Source: a virus
Strand: one strand, 5' to 3'
Length of the DNA: 64,000 bases
Virus record (IMG/VR): IMGVR_UViG_3300042301_004349
Span: 96,001 to 160,000 of that record
Shown: one piece after another, positions 40,511-48,859 of the stretch
How positions within the stretch are numbered: the stretch's first letter is position 1
Layout of the letters: every line of letters begins with the position of its first letter
Program-made: the position numbers and the translations under genes
Notes under the pieces: generated by a model
What the model saw: the letters and a program-made list of their open reading frames with translations, nothing else
The model's database searches: none
Told to the model about the DNA's origin: nothing

Positions 40511-41373
40511 TACTTATTGAACTTTACTTTTGCTTTATCAGTATTAGCTACAAATTGTTTACCTTTTTTAGATCCTGCTACTTTTTTACGAGCAGTTGCT
40601 GCACGTTCTGCTTTAGTTAATCTATTTGCTTTAGCACGAGGTAAACAACGAGTAGTTGCTTTATCTTTTTTCATTGTACCACAAGGACCAGTTATGTTAC
40701 CTTGTGTATCAATTCTAACCCAATCTTCTTTTTTAAACCAATCGCGTAGTGATTCAGTTAAACTTTTTACATTGAAATATTTTTTTAAATCAATATTATT
40801 ACTCTTAGCATCTTCTAAACTAATTGTTTCAGGAACTATACCTTCTTCCCACTCAGTTTCAGGGGTAGCAAGTTTAACATCACTATTATTTAAAATGATT
40901 GCTTTTATTTCTGGTATGTTTCCTATTTTAAAAGCACCTAAGCGGTGATTTCCATCTAAGATTAAATATTTTCCAGGCAATAGTGGGTGGTTTAAGGCTA
41001 CGACTGGTGGGAACGATTCTATACCTTTTTCTTTAGCAACCTTTATCATTTTTTCAACATAAGATTTTTTCTCTGTGTTGAAGTAATTAAGATCTTTATT
41101 TGGTTCGTTACCAATACAATCGTTAATTTTTAAAATTTTTATTTCACCACTTATATTTTCAGCAATGTCGCTTCCTTGAAAATCCGGATATATAATAGTA
41201 TTATCTTCTATATCATCTACTTCCATCAAACCTTTACATACTTTAACAGCACGGCCAGAAAGATAAGCTGATGGTTTTTCACCAGCAGCTCTACGACGAT
41301 CGTAATAGGCTTTGCCTTTTTTGCAAAGCTTTTCTAAAAGAACTTCATTTAATATTTCTTGTAGTTTTATCAC
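40510..41373 (-). CDS. Tagged protein (MIKLQEILNE) with central ParB/Srx-like domain and basic Cys-containing ends
   Basis: FPPVVA...YLILDGNHRLGAF; C-terminal SLRDWFKKEDWVRI...GPCG...RCLP. Confidence 0.7.
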   Translation of the reverse strand: MIKLQEILNEVLLEKLCKKGKAYYDRRRAAGEKPSAYLSGRAVKVCKGLMEVDDIEDNTIIYPDFQGSDIAENISGEIKILKINDCIGNEPNKDLNYFNTEKKSYVEKMIKVAKEKGIESFPPVVALNHPLLPGKYLILDGNHRLGAFKIGNIPEIKAIILNNSDVKLATPETEWEEGIVPETISLEDAKSNNIDLKKYFNVKSLTESLRDWFKKEDWVRIDTQGNITGPCGTMKKDKATTRCLPRAKANRLTKAERAATARKKVAGSKKGKQFVANTDKAKVKFNK

Positions 41374-41639
41374 GACTTATATATCTTTAATAATAACTTA
41401 TCATGGCCTTTTATAACACGATGCCAAGTATGTCTTGGTATAAATATCGGTTTGTCCATAGATATTGGTAGTTCATTTTCTAGTTGAATCAACCAATTAT
41501 TAGAATTAATAGATTCTATAAGACGATTTTCATCGTCACGATGCCAAAGGAGTTCGATAGGATCTATACTCTCATCGAACTCTCTTATAATATATTCTTT
41601 TGTTGTTTCTAGATCAACATATGGTCTACCAGTATCCAC
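41370..41639 (-). CDS. Small cupin-like protein
   Basis: LLWHRDDENR...IFIPRHTWHRVIKG. Confidence 0.6.
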   Translation of the reverse strand: MDTGRPYVDLETTKEYIIREFDESIDPIELLWHRDDENRLIESINSNNWLIQLENELPISMDKPIFIPRHTWHRVIKGHDKLLLKIYKS

Positions 41640-42264
41640 TAAATGATGTTTTAAAACCTAATAATTTAGCATATCTTGGTAAACGACATGACCAATATGA
41701 TGCTTTTGTTCTATCTTTTTTCTGAGAGCAATTATGACGAGCTGCGAATGCCTTGCGTGCTTTAGGATTATTTAGTTTTGCACGTAATCCTGTAGTATCA
41801 CCAAATGATACTTTTTTAATTTTACCTTTATCTCGAACATAAACATAGAACTTTTTAGAACCACCACGCTTTGGTTTTCCAATTGGAGGTGTTTTCTTTT
41901 TATCTTTAGTCTCGTCTATTTCCATAGACTCATGTAAATCAACTAATTCATCTAATGAAATTGGATAATCTAATGGTACTCTAATACCGTTATACACCCC
42001 ATATTCACCTATGTTTGATTCTAATAATTCAGCATCATCTTCAGTTACAGATAATATACCTTTATTGTATAATTCACGTGCTTCACGGAATAGAGAAAAA
42101 TAATTTTCAGATAATGGGCGATAGATATTGTGAATTAATTGTTTACCTTCTGTGATATGATATTTCATACCTTCAGATAACATTATTTCTTGTCCTTCTG
42201 ATATTAGTTGAGGGCCATTACATCCGCAATCTTGTTCTTCAATTAAATCACTTAATTTTATCAT
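41626..42264 (-). CDS. Tagged protein (MIKLSDLIEE) with basic C-terminal domain (DUF6321-like)
   Basis: KKVSFGD...ARKAFAARHNC...ASYWSC. Confidence 0.7.
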   Translation of the reverse strand: MIKLSDLIEEQDCGCNGPQLISEGQEIMLSEGMKYHITEGKQLIHNIYRPLSENYFSLFREARELYNKGILSVTEDDAELLESNIGEYGVYNGIRVPLDYPISLDELVDLHESMEIDETKDKKKTPPIGKPKRGGSKKFYVYVRDKGKIKKVSFGDTTGLRAKLNNPKARKAFAARHNCSQKKDRTKASYWSCRLPRYAKLLGFKTSFSGYW

Positions 42265-42539
42265 ATACTCCCAGCGCGTTTATCAGTTAGATATTTAATT
42301 TCGGTTCTTAGTGAAGCCACTTCAGCAACTAAATCTAGTATTTGTTTACGCATTTCATCTTTCTCTTGGGAAGATTGTGCTAATAATGCTTCTAATTTAG
42401 CGATTCTATCTTTACAATCATGACGAATAAAATCATCGTCACGTTCTCTTTTCATAGCACGTTTTTCATAAAAACGAAATGCTGTGGTTCCTCCTAATAC
42501 TGTTACTGCTGTAATTATTACTGAATAAATATTTTCCAT
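42261..42539 (-). CDS. Single-TM coiled-coil protein, possible holin/antiholin
   Basis: N-terminal hydrophobic helix followed by heptad repeats. Confidence 0.5.
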   Translation of the reverse strand: MENIYSVIITAVTVLGGTTAFRFYEKRAMKRERDDDFIRHDCKDRIAKLEALLAQSSQEKDEMRKQILDLVAEVASLRTEIKYLTDKRAGSI

Positions 42540-42579
42540 TATATGTACTTATATATTTAGTTACTGATAGCAATAAATA

Positions 42580-43164
42580 TTAGGATTGTGTTATTGATTT
42601 TACTTTTTCAATATATTCTTGGAATTCTTTAATTAGTTCATTATTATTTCCACCAGACCATTGTTCCATTTCACCATTTTCAGTAACAATTTGTTCAGGA
42701 TGTACATCATTTATTAAATCTTGTAATATTTGTTCAAGATCACCTATAAATCCTTTAGCGTTACGTTGAACCATGTCTTGGACGTACGCTTCATATTTAC
42801 CATCTAAACGCAATTTGGTTTCTCTTTTAATAACACAATCAAAGCATTCTTTATGTATTGCATACATTTTAGTATCCAATACTTTCTTTTTCATTGCTTT
42901 ACCGCATTTAGGACATGTTAGTGGAATTTGAAGGGCTTTTTTAACTAAATCTAATTTGGATATGGTCATCTTAATACCATTCTTAATGGTCCATTTTTTA
43001 CCATTCTCTTCCCAAATATCTCCTTCTTTATAATCAACGGAAACTTTAGTATAACCTACTTGAGTAGAGATTTTATCTCCGTATTTTTTATTAACTATAT
43101 TTCTTACTCTTTGTACATCTCTTTCTCGAAACTCTTTTTTCAAAACACTTTCGTTACCTATCAT
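42580..43164 (-). CDS. Hypothetical protein with CxxC...CxxC zinc finger
   Basis: Start moved to 43164 (ATGA overlap); CPKC...CFDC. Confidence 0.7.
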   Translation of the reverse strand: MIGNESVLKKEFRERDVQRVRNIVNKKYGDKISTQVGYTKVSVDYKEGDIWEENGKKWTIKNGIKMTISKLDLVKKALQIPLTCPKCGKAMKKKVLDTKMYAIHKECFDCVIKRETKLRLDGKYEAYVQDMVQRNAKGFIGDLEQILQDLINDVHPEQIVTENGEMEQWSGGNNNELIKEFQEYIEKVKSITQS

Positions 43165-44549
43165 AAACCTAATTCTTTTAGTTGTTGGATTGTATCGGCA
43201 GCTGAAGTATGTAGAACACCAATACCTCCTGCTTCTTTCCATCTTTGAATATTATCTGCTCTATCATCAATCAATATTGATCTAGGAGATGCATAAAATT
43301 GTTTGTATTCTGCTGATTTCAATAATAAAGGAACACCTGGTAAATTTGTGTTTACCCATTTTTGTTTTCCTGTTCTTGATGATTCTTGTCTTGAAGGGGC
43401 TGAGAGTAGTTTAGGTAAATATGGTTTAATGTAGCTCCATAATTCTTTGCCATCTTTCATCCATTCCATTTCAGTCCAAAATGACTCACCAGCATCAGTT
43501 ATTGGTTGCCAAAAAGCAGCATCACCTTTAACATGATTTCCTCTAATGTTTTTACCTGTTAATTTTTCGTAAGCACCTTCAAAATCAGCAATAACGCCAT
43601 CCATATCACAATAGATTTTGTATTGTTGTTCTTTTGATTCAAATATCATAGGATTAATTTGTGCAAATTTTCTCATTATTTGACCAGCTTTAGAATTTGC
43701 TTCATTTTCAGTATCAGAACCTGTGGTTCCGTCTAAAGGTTGGCCTTTTTGTTTTTGTGATAGGTGTACTAATTCATGAGAAACAGTTCGGCAAATATCA
43801 GCCATATTACGATTACCCGTGTAAATCCATATCTTATCGTCTTGTGGACTATATAACCCCATTGACTTCATTTCCCTCGCTTTCTCCGTATCCCTACTTA
43901 TCACGATTTTTCCCCCTCCCCCCTCAATACCCAATTCACGTAGGGTAAATCTAATGAACTCCTTTAATAAAGTCAAGTTTTCTTTGCCTTCTTTTAACTC
44001 TTCTTTTTCTGTGTCACCCATTGTGTAACCAGCAGCATTCATGAATTGCTTCACATCGATGCCATCTGGTAAGAATTTTTTAATTAGGTTTTCACTTTTA
44101 GCTTTAATTGCTATTCTAAAATCAGTAGCACTTATATTATCAAATGTACCTGCATTAAACAATTCAGCATTCTTATATTTTTCATTTTTCAATATTGATG
44201 AAAAACGAGTAAATTCATCTTTACCAAAAGCAGCAATAATTTTTGCTTCTGGATTTGATGTGATTAGATTATAAGTTTCACTAACAGGGTTTTCATCTAC
44301 AATTAAAAAATTAACATTTCCTGGGAGTAATGTTTTGTATAGTTCCCACACTCTATAACTTTCGTCTGCAGTAACTCCTTCACGAGTTTTAGGTGAAATA
44401 AAGATTTGAACCTCATCACACATATCAGATAAACGTTTAACAACATTAAAGTGACCTTTATGTGGTGGTTTAAATGCACCCGGAAATACACCAATGATGT
44501 ATTGTTTTTCCTCTAATAATTGTTTTGCTATGTGTTGTCCTAAATTCAT
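43161..44549 (-). CDS. Three-domain fusion: HxGH nucleotidyltransferase + HExxH domain + HAD 5'-nucleotidase-like domain
   Basis: FPGAFKPPHKGH...ISATDFR; RTVSHELVH...ENEAN; IYCDMDGVIADF...LLSAP...LIDDRADN. Confidence 0.8.
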   Translation of the reverse strand: MNLGQHIAKQLLEEKQYIIGVFPGAFKPPHKGHFNVVKRLSDMCDEVQIFISPKTREGVTADESYRVWELYKTLLPGNVNFLIVDENPVSETYNLITSNPEAKIIAAFGKDEFTRFSSILKNEKYKNAELFNAGTFDNISATDFRIAIKAKSENLIKKFLPDGIDVKQFMNAAGYTMGDTEKEELKEGKENLTLLKEFIRFTLRELGIEGGGGKIVISRDTEKAREMKSMGLYSPQDDKIWIYTGNRNMADICRTVSHELVHLSQKQKGQPLDGTTGSDTENEANSKAGQIMRKFAQINPMIFESKEQQYKIYCDMDGVIADFEGAYEKLTGKNIRGNHVKGDAAFWQPITDAGESFWTEMEWMKDGKELWSYIKPYLPKLLSAPSRQESSRTGKQKWVNTNLPGVPLLLKSAEYKQFYASPRSILIDDRADNIQRWKEAGGIGVLHTSAADTIQQLKELGL

Positions 44550-45385
44550 TACTGTACAAATGATTTTACTTTAGATATAATTTCTGATTCAGATAAAACG
44601 GATTCTTTGATTTTTTTATCAATATTAATAAATTCGCGTTCTAACTGCTCTACTTGTTTTTTATAGTTTTCTCTTGATTTTTCTGCCGCTTTATCTTTTT
44701 TAGCCTGCTCATCAGGTGATAAAGGTTCATCTTGAGTCTTGCGAAAAGTGGATACAAATTGTTCAGGGTTAGTTTGGGTTAGTTGTTCTAACCAATCAAA
44801 TAATTTACCTTGTTGAACTGCTTGATTAAATCCATTAATTTCTTTTTGATATTCTTGATCAGGAGCTTGATATAATACAAAATTATCTCCTAATTTATTT
44901 TTATAAGTGTCTATGTTCCCGTAAACATTATTCCACGTTTGGATAACACCCACTTTAGGTACTTTACGTTCACGTTTAAAGTTTCTTAAAAATGATACAA
45001 TAGGGTGAGCATAAACCATGATCATTAATGTATCATAATTAGACGCAGTATTTAATAAACCTGGTACTTCCTTTCGTTTATATAAACCACCAATCAATTT
45101 AGCCGCATTAGACGCGGTAGTATCCCAAATAAACGCTTTACCTGTTGAGAGTGCATTAGGTACGTCAACATCATCTACTTGAGCAGAAGCCGCAGTAAGA
45201 TTATTGAACATTTCGCTTGATTTATCTTCAATATACTTATCTGGGTTGATTATTTCAAAACCAGGTGTTACTCCTTTAATTTTATTTATTAAAGTAGACT
45301 TCCCGGCACCGGCGCCCCCCGCCATGATTATCATTTTATTTTGAGGCATGGCTGCTTCCATTAATAAGTCAATTAGTTTAATCAT
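44549..45385 (-). CDS. Tagged (MIKLIDLLME) P-loop kinase, zeta-toxin/AAA_33-like
   Basis: MAGGAGAGKS, INPD, FIWDTTA, RNFKRERKVP. Confidence 0.75.
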   Translation of the reverse strand: MIKLIDLLMEAAMPQNKMIIMAGGAGAGKSTLINKIKGVTPGFEIINPDKYIEDKSSEMFNNLTAASAQVDDVDVPNALSTGKAFIWDTTASNAAKLIGGLYKRKEVPGLLNTASNYDTLMIMVYAHPIVSFLRNFKRERKVPKVGVIQTWNNVYGNIDTYKNKLGDNFVLYQAPDQEYQKEINGFNQAVQQGKLFDWLEQLTQTNPEQFVSTFRKTQDEPLSPDEQAKKDKAAEKSRENYKKQVEQLEREFINIDKKIKESVLSESEIISKVKSFVQ

Positions 45386-45398
45386 ATGTTGAATATAA

Positions 45399-45429
45399 AT
45401 AGGTGACCTGGACGGACCAAGTCACCTAT
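45399..45429 (-). promoter_or_regulatory. 13-bp hairpin flanked by two TATTTATA motifs
   Basis: Minus strand ATAGGTGACTTGG-TCCGT-CCAGGTCACCTAT (one G.U pair). Confidence 0.6.
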
Positions 45430-45450
45430 AAATATTTAAAATTATATTTA

Positions 45451-46233
45451 CTATGATATTTTAACACTTGTTGGCAACAACTCTGTCATAGGTTTAGAAT
45501 TTGGATTTTCTAATTTATAAATTTCTTGGATATTTTTAAACATTTTAAAATTAGTTTCAATATCACTTATAACTTTTAATTCCCATCCTTTACCTTGGAT
45601 TTTATCACCTTTACCTTCACCACGTGTATTTGCTTTAACCCACAATATACCTGTATGAGTTACTTTTTCGTTATGAGTTTCATTCCAAGCTTGTGCATAA
45701 GCCGCTAATTGTAAATCATATGACGTATGTAAACTGTTAGATGTTTTAAGATCCAACAACCATATATTATCAAACAATCTAACAACTAAATCGGCAGTAC
45801 CTGCATACTCATGTTCATCTGAGAATAGGTGGTATTCGGTTGCGATCAATTCTGGTTTATGTGTATTCCAAAAATCTGCAAATTTAAGAATCATTCTCCA
45901 AACATCTAAATTATATTTGGCATTACCATACTCATCAATCCAAGTAATTTCTTCTCCATTTAAGAATGCTTCTACTGCGTTGTGTACTTGAGTGCCCTCA
46001 CCAGCAGCTTTACTAGCAATAATATCTGAATTATGTCCTACATCTTTTAACCAAGAATGAAAGAATTGGTTCTTAGGGAAATAATTTAAAATACTAGATA
46101 CTGAAGGGTAATATTTACCACCTCTTCTGTAGAATCTTTGATCTAGTACATTTACTTGTTTATTATCATTGCTGTATTCAACGATACGCTTGATCTTTGG
46201 ATCTTTGATAATATTTGAATTTTTGTCAATCAT
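45451..46233 (-). CDS. PD-(D/E)xK exonuclease
   Basis: YPSVSSIL, GTQVH, YAGTADL, LLDLKTS, QLAAYA. Confidence 0.88.
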   Translation of the reverse strand: MIDKNSNIIKDPKIKRIVEYSNDNKQVNVLDQRFYRRGGKYYPSVSSILNYFPKNQFFHSWLKDVGHNSDIIASKAAGEGTQVHNAVEAFLNGEEITWIDEYGNAKYNLDVWRMILKFADFWNTHKPELIATEYHLFSDEHEYAGTADLVVRLFDNIWLLDLKTSNSLHTSYDLQLAAYAQAWNETHNEKVTHTGILWVKANTRGEGKGDKIQGKGWELKVISDIETNFKMFKNIQEIYKLENPNSKPMTELLPTSVKIS

Positions 46234-47198
46234 ATTAATTGTAGTTTTTTCTCAAGTAAACTCTGAAGATTCAGAGGTTCTGTTTGCTCAAGAGTAGTTA
46301 GAAATGAACCAAATCCAATTTCATTTGCATCTTTACCATCTAATTCAACCATATAGACTTCCTTACCATACGACATTAATTTTTCGGCGTGTTTTAAGGC
46401 ATCTTTTTTAGCATCATTGTCTAGTGCAATGTAAATTCTATCAACATTTGATTTGACTATTTTTTCCATTAACTTGTTATGTAATACTTTTCCAAGTAAT
46501 GGAATGCAATTACGTTTAATTGTAATAGCATCAAACATACCTTCACAAAGTATGATTGGTGCGTTCCAATTTATATATAACTCTAAACCTATAATTTCCT
46601 TAGAAGCTACAGGTGGATTTTTATATTTACGATCTGAATCTTTGTAAGCGCGAGCTACAAAATAATTTAACATACCGTTAGCATCATAAGAAGGAATAAT
46701 AACCCTACCAGCATATGGTCCTTCTTTACAAAAACCAATATTATATTTAATAATATCATCTACTGTTATTCCACGTCTATTCAAGAATTTAAATGCATGT
46801 TTTGATTCGATTTGAGCCACACGGTCTAATCCTTTTTCATTCAATATGTGTGAAAGTGGGTTAGTTAATGGTATGAATTCTGCGGGTAAAACGATGGACT
46901 CATTAGACACATCATCTGCCTTAAAAGCAGTAGGTTGAATAAGTAAACTTAAATCTTTGAATTTATCTGGTGATGCTTGTGCTTGTTTAAATAATGCTCG
47001 TATGGTTTTCCCCTTTGCATCACAAACCCAACAATGCCAAAAATTTTCCTTTTTAGCAGTAGTACGTAAACTAACTTCCAATTTGTTTTTGTGGTGCGAA
47101 CAGAATGGGCATTTAAAGGCATAATTGCCCTTACTTGTAACCTGCCCTTTGCCTAGTACTGATTCGACTAGAACTAATAATGCTGCATTTTCAATCAT
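46230..47198 (-). CDS. DNA primase (zinc finger + TOPRIM)
   Basis: CPFC...HCWVC, RVIIP, YKNP, LCEGMFDA, ALDNDA, KDANE. Confidence 0.9.
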   Translation of the reverse strand: MIENAALLVLVESVLGKGQVTSKGNYAFKCPFCSHHKNKLEVSLRTTAKKENFWHCWVCDAKGKTIRALFKQAQASPDKFKDLSLLIQPTAFKADDVSNESIVLPAEFIPLTNPLSHILNEKGLDRVAQIESKHAFKFLNRRGITVDDIIKYNIGFCKEGPYAGRVIIPSYDANGMLNYFVARAYKDSDRKYKNPPVASKEIIGLELYINWNAPIILCEGMFDAITIKRNCIPLLGKVLHNKLMEKIVKSNVDRIYIALDNDAKKDALKHAEKLMSYGKEVYMVELDGKDANEIGFGSFLTTLEQTEPLNLQSLLEKKLQLI

Positions 47199-47218
47199 AT
47201 AAGCATCAATATACGATC

Positions 47219-47674
47219 TTACTCTGCCTCAAACAAGTCTTTGCGAAAAAATTTACCTAAAATATTATCATTTAAATAGCGATCATCCTCTAACACATTG
47301 TGTTGAAATAGATATTTTGTTTCCCAATATGTTAGTTGTTTACTTGTTTTACACAATTTATACACATATCGTTTTAGATTTTCTTTTGGTAATTTCTTTA
47401 CCTCAAGAGAAGAACCATAATAAGTCATCCAGTCGCTTTCTGATATGACTAATTTTTTGCTTGGTTTTTTACCACGAGCCACGGGTAGTGTTGCTAGTTC
47501 TTTTTTTCCTAATTTTTTATTTTGTTTATGAAAGAATGCTTTTTTACCAATATATTGTTTGCCTGTTGTTGTATCTAAAGTACAATAAACATACCCATAA
47601 TATTCAGAGGGATCAAAATTAGGATCATTGATTAGATCCTCAACCTGCATAACAGGTTCCATAACTTGTACCAT
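47219..47674 (-). CDS. GIY-YIG family nuclease-like protein
   Basis: YGYVYC...KQYIGKK...YYGSS...E...YLNDNI. Confidence 0.7.
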   Translation of the reverse strand: MVQVMEPVMQVEDLINDPNFDPSEYYGYVYCTLDTTTGKQYIGKKAFFHKQNKKLGKKELATLPVARGKKPSKKLVISESDWMTYYGSSLEVKKLPKENLKRYVYKLCKTSKQLTYWETKYLFQHNVLEDDRYLNDNILGKFFRKDLFEAE

Positions 47675-47688
47675 AACTATATTTTATT

Positions 47689-47997
47689 TTATGTGTCGTA
47701 TTTAACCAAAAACGTCATATCTGTTTCTGATGAAATAGGGATTGGTTTTCCAAATTTTGCAACCATTAAAAGTTCATTTCGTTCATTATATAAACCCAAT
47801 GTTGTAACATAAGGTCTAAATTCAGAACCTGTTGTAAAACCTGCTAATGATGATGATATGTTAGTTCTATTAGATAGCAAAGTAGGATTGTAAGATAAAT
47901 TATATTCACTTTCCTCAACAGTACATTTTACAAAATTTTCGTAAATTGTGTGTTCATTTCTAAAATTAATATTAAAGGATCCTGTATAAACTGCCAT
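47689..47997 (-). CDS. Stand-alone baseplate-type C-terminal domain
   Basis: PYVTTLGLYNERNELLMVAKFGKPI, paralogous to the C-terminus of 51883..52839. Confidence 0.75.
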   Translation of the reverse strand: MAVYTGSFNINFRNEHTIYENFVKCTVEESEYNLSYNPTLLSNRTNISSSLAGFTTGSEFRPYVTTLGLYNERNELLMVAKFGKPIPISSETDMTFLVKYDT

Positions 47998-48019
47998 AAT
48001 TATTTAATTTAAAAATGTA

Positions 48020-48835
48020 TTATATTTGGGTTAGCGTTGATTGTGCAAGTGTAAATTCACCTTGAGATATTGCATTTATTGTCCAAGTACAATAATAAAT
48101 TCCTGTTGCTAAAGTAATATCAAGGAATGTACTATCTCCTGCACCTTCTGGTTGTGGTGTAGGTGAAAAACTACCATATCCCGGTATTACTAATGTTGTA
48201 TTACCTCTAAAGCCTGTTGTTACTGTAATTCTTAATCTAATTGTTACTGGGCCATTTGTAATTGTTATTGTTGGATTAATTGTAGTAGTTCCAACTCCCG
48301 AAGTACTTGTATTATTACCACTGCTATAATCAAATGTAGCTGTTGGGGTTGTAGGAGGAGGTGTACAACTTCCACTAATAATTATAGTACCCGCATTATA
48401 CCCATCAATATTTCCTGTTCCTACTTGATACCAAGTGCCACCAGATACATAATACCCATCTGGTGCTAATTCTAAACTTGAAGAAAGATATAAGCGAGAA
48501 CCAGTATATAATGTTATATTTGCAGCTTCATCTAATACAACACCAGTATAATCTATATTAATCGCAGAAGTATCTAAATAAAATTGATTGCAGTTACTGC
48601 TTTCACAAGCACTACCAGATGTTGAACCAGAACAAAAAGTAAAAGGACCATAAAAACAGTCTCTCCATTTTCCATTAGCTAAACTACTAGTTAAACGTTG
48701 TTCATAATAAAAATCAGTTCCACAAAAACTCTCAGTTGGAACTGTAAGAGAATGACTATACCCCACAGGTGAACTATTATCTGTAAAGTATTGTGTTACT
48801 TTTGTGTAAATTTTATTTCCTGATCTTCTTATCAT
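48020..48835 (-). CDS. Cys/Thr-rich virion-associated protein
   Basis: 271 aa; APDGYY motif; beta-rich. Confidence 0.6.
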   Translation of the reverse strand: MIRRSGNKIYTKVTQYFTDNSSPVGYSHSLTVPTESFCGTDFYYEQRLTSSLANGKWRDCFYGPFTFCSGSTSGSACESSNCNQFYLDTSAINIDYTGVVLDEAANITLYTGSRLYLSSSLELAPDGYYVSGGTWYQVGTGNIDGYNAGTIIISGSCTPPPTTPTATFDYSSGNNTSTSGVGTTTINPTITITNGPVTIRLRITVTTGFRGNTTLVIPGYGSFSPTPQPEGAGDSTFLDITLATGIYYCTWTINAISQGEFTLAQSTLTQI

Positions 48836-48859
48836 TCTTTATAAATATTTTATTTATCA

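Noticed and set aside
13710-43242. ORF-track starts at 14090, 17366, 30457, 34130 and 43242
   Set aside because: They run into upstream genes or across the promoter motif; downstream ATGs (14048, 17342, 30388, 34082, 43164) fit coupling, motif position and tag position better.
44549-45385. Zeta/epsilon toxin-antitoxin pair
   Set aside because: No antitoxin-like partner; only the general kinase fold is supported.
45451-46233. Cas4/CRISPR association of the exonuclease
   Set aside because: No Fe-S cysteines and no array; it sits beside the primase like a replication/recombination nuclease.
47219-47674. GIY-YIG gene as a mobile homing endonuclease in an intron
   Set aside because: Free-standing and short, with no evident DNA-binding extension and no interrupted host gene.
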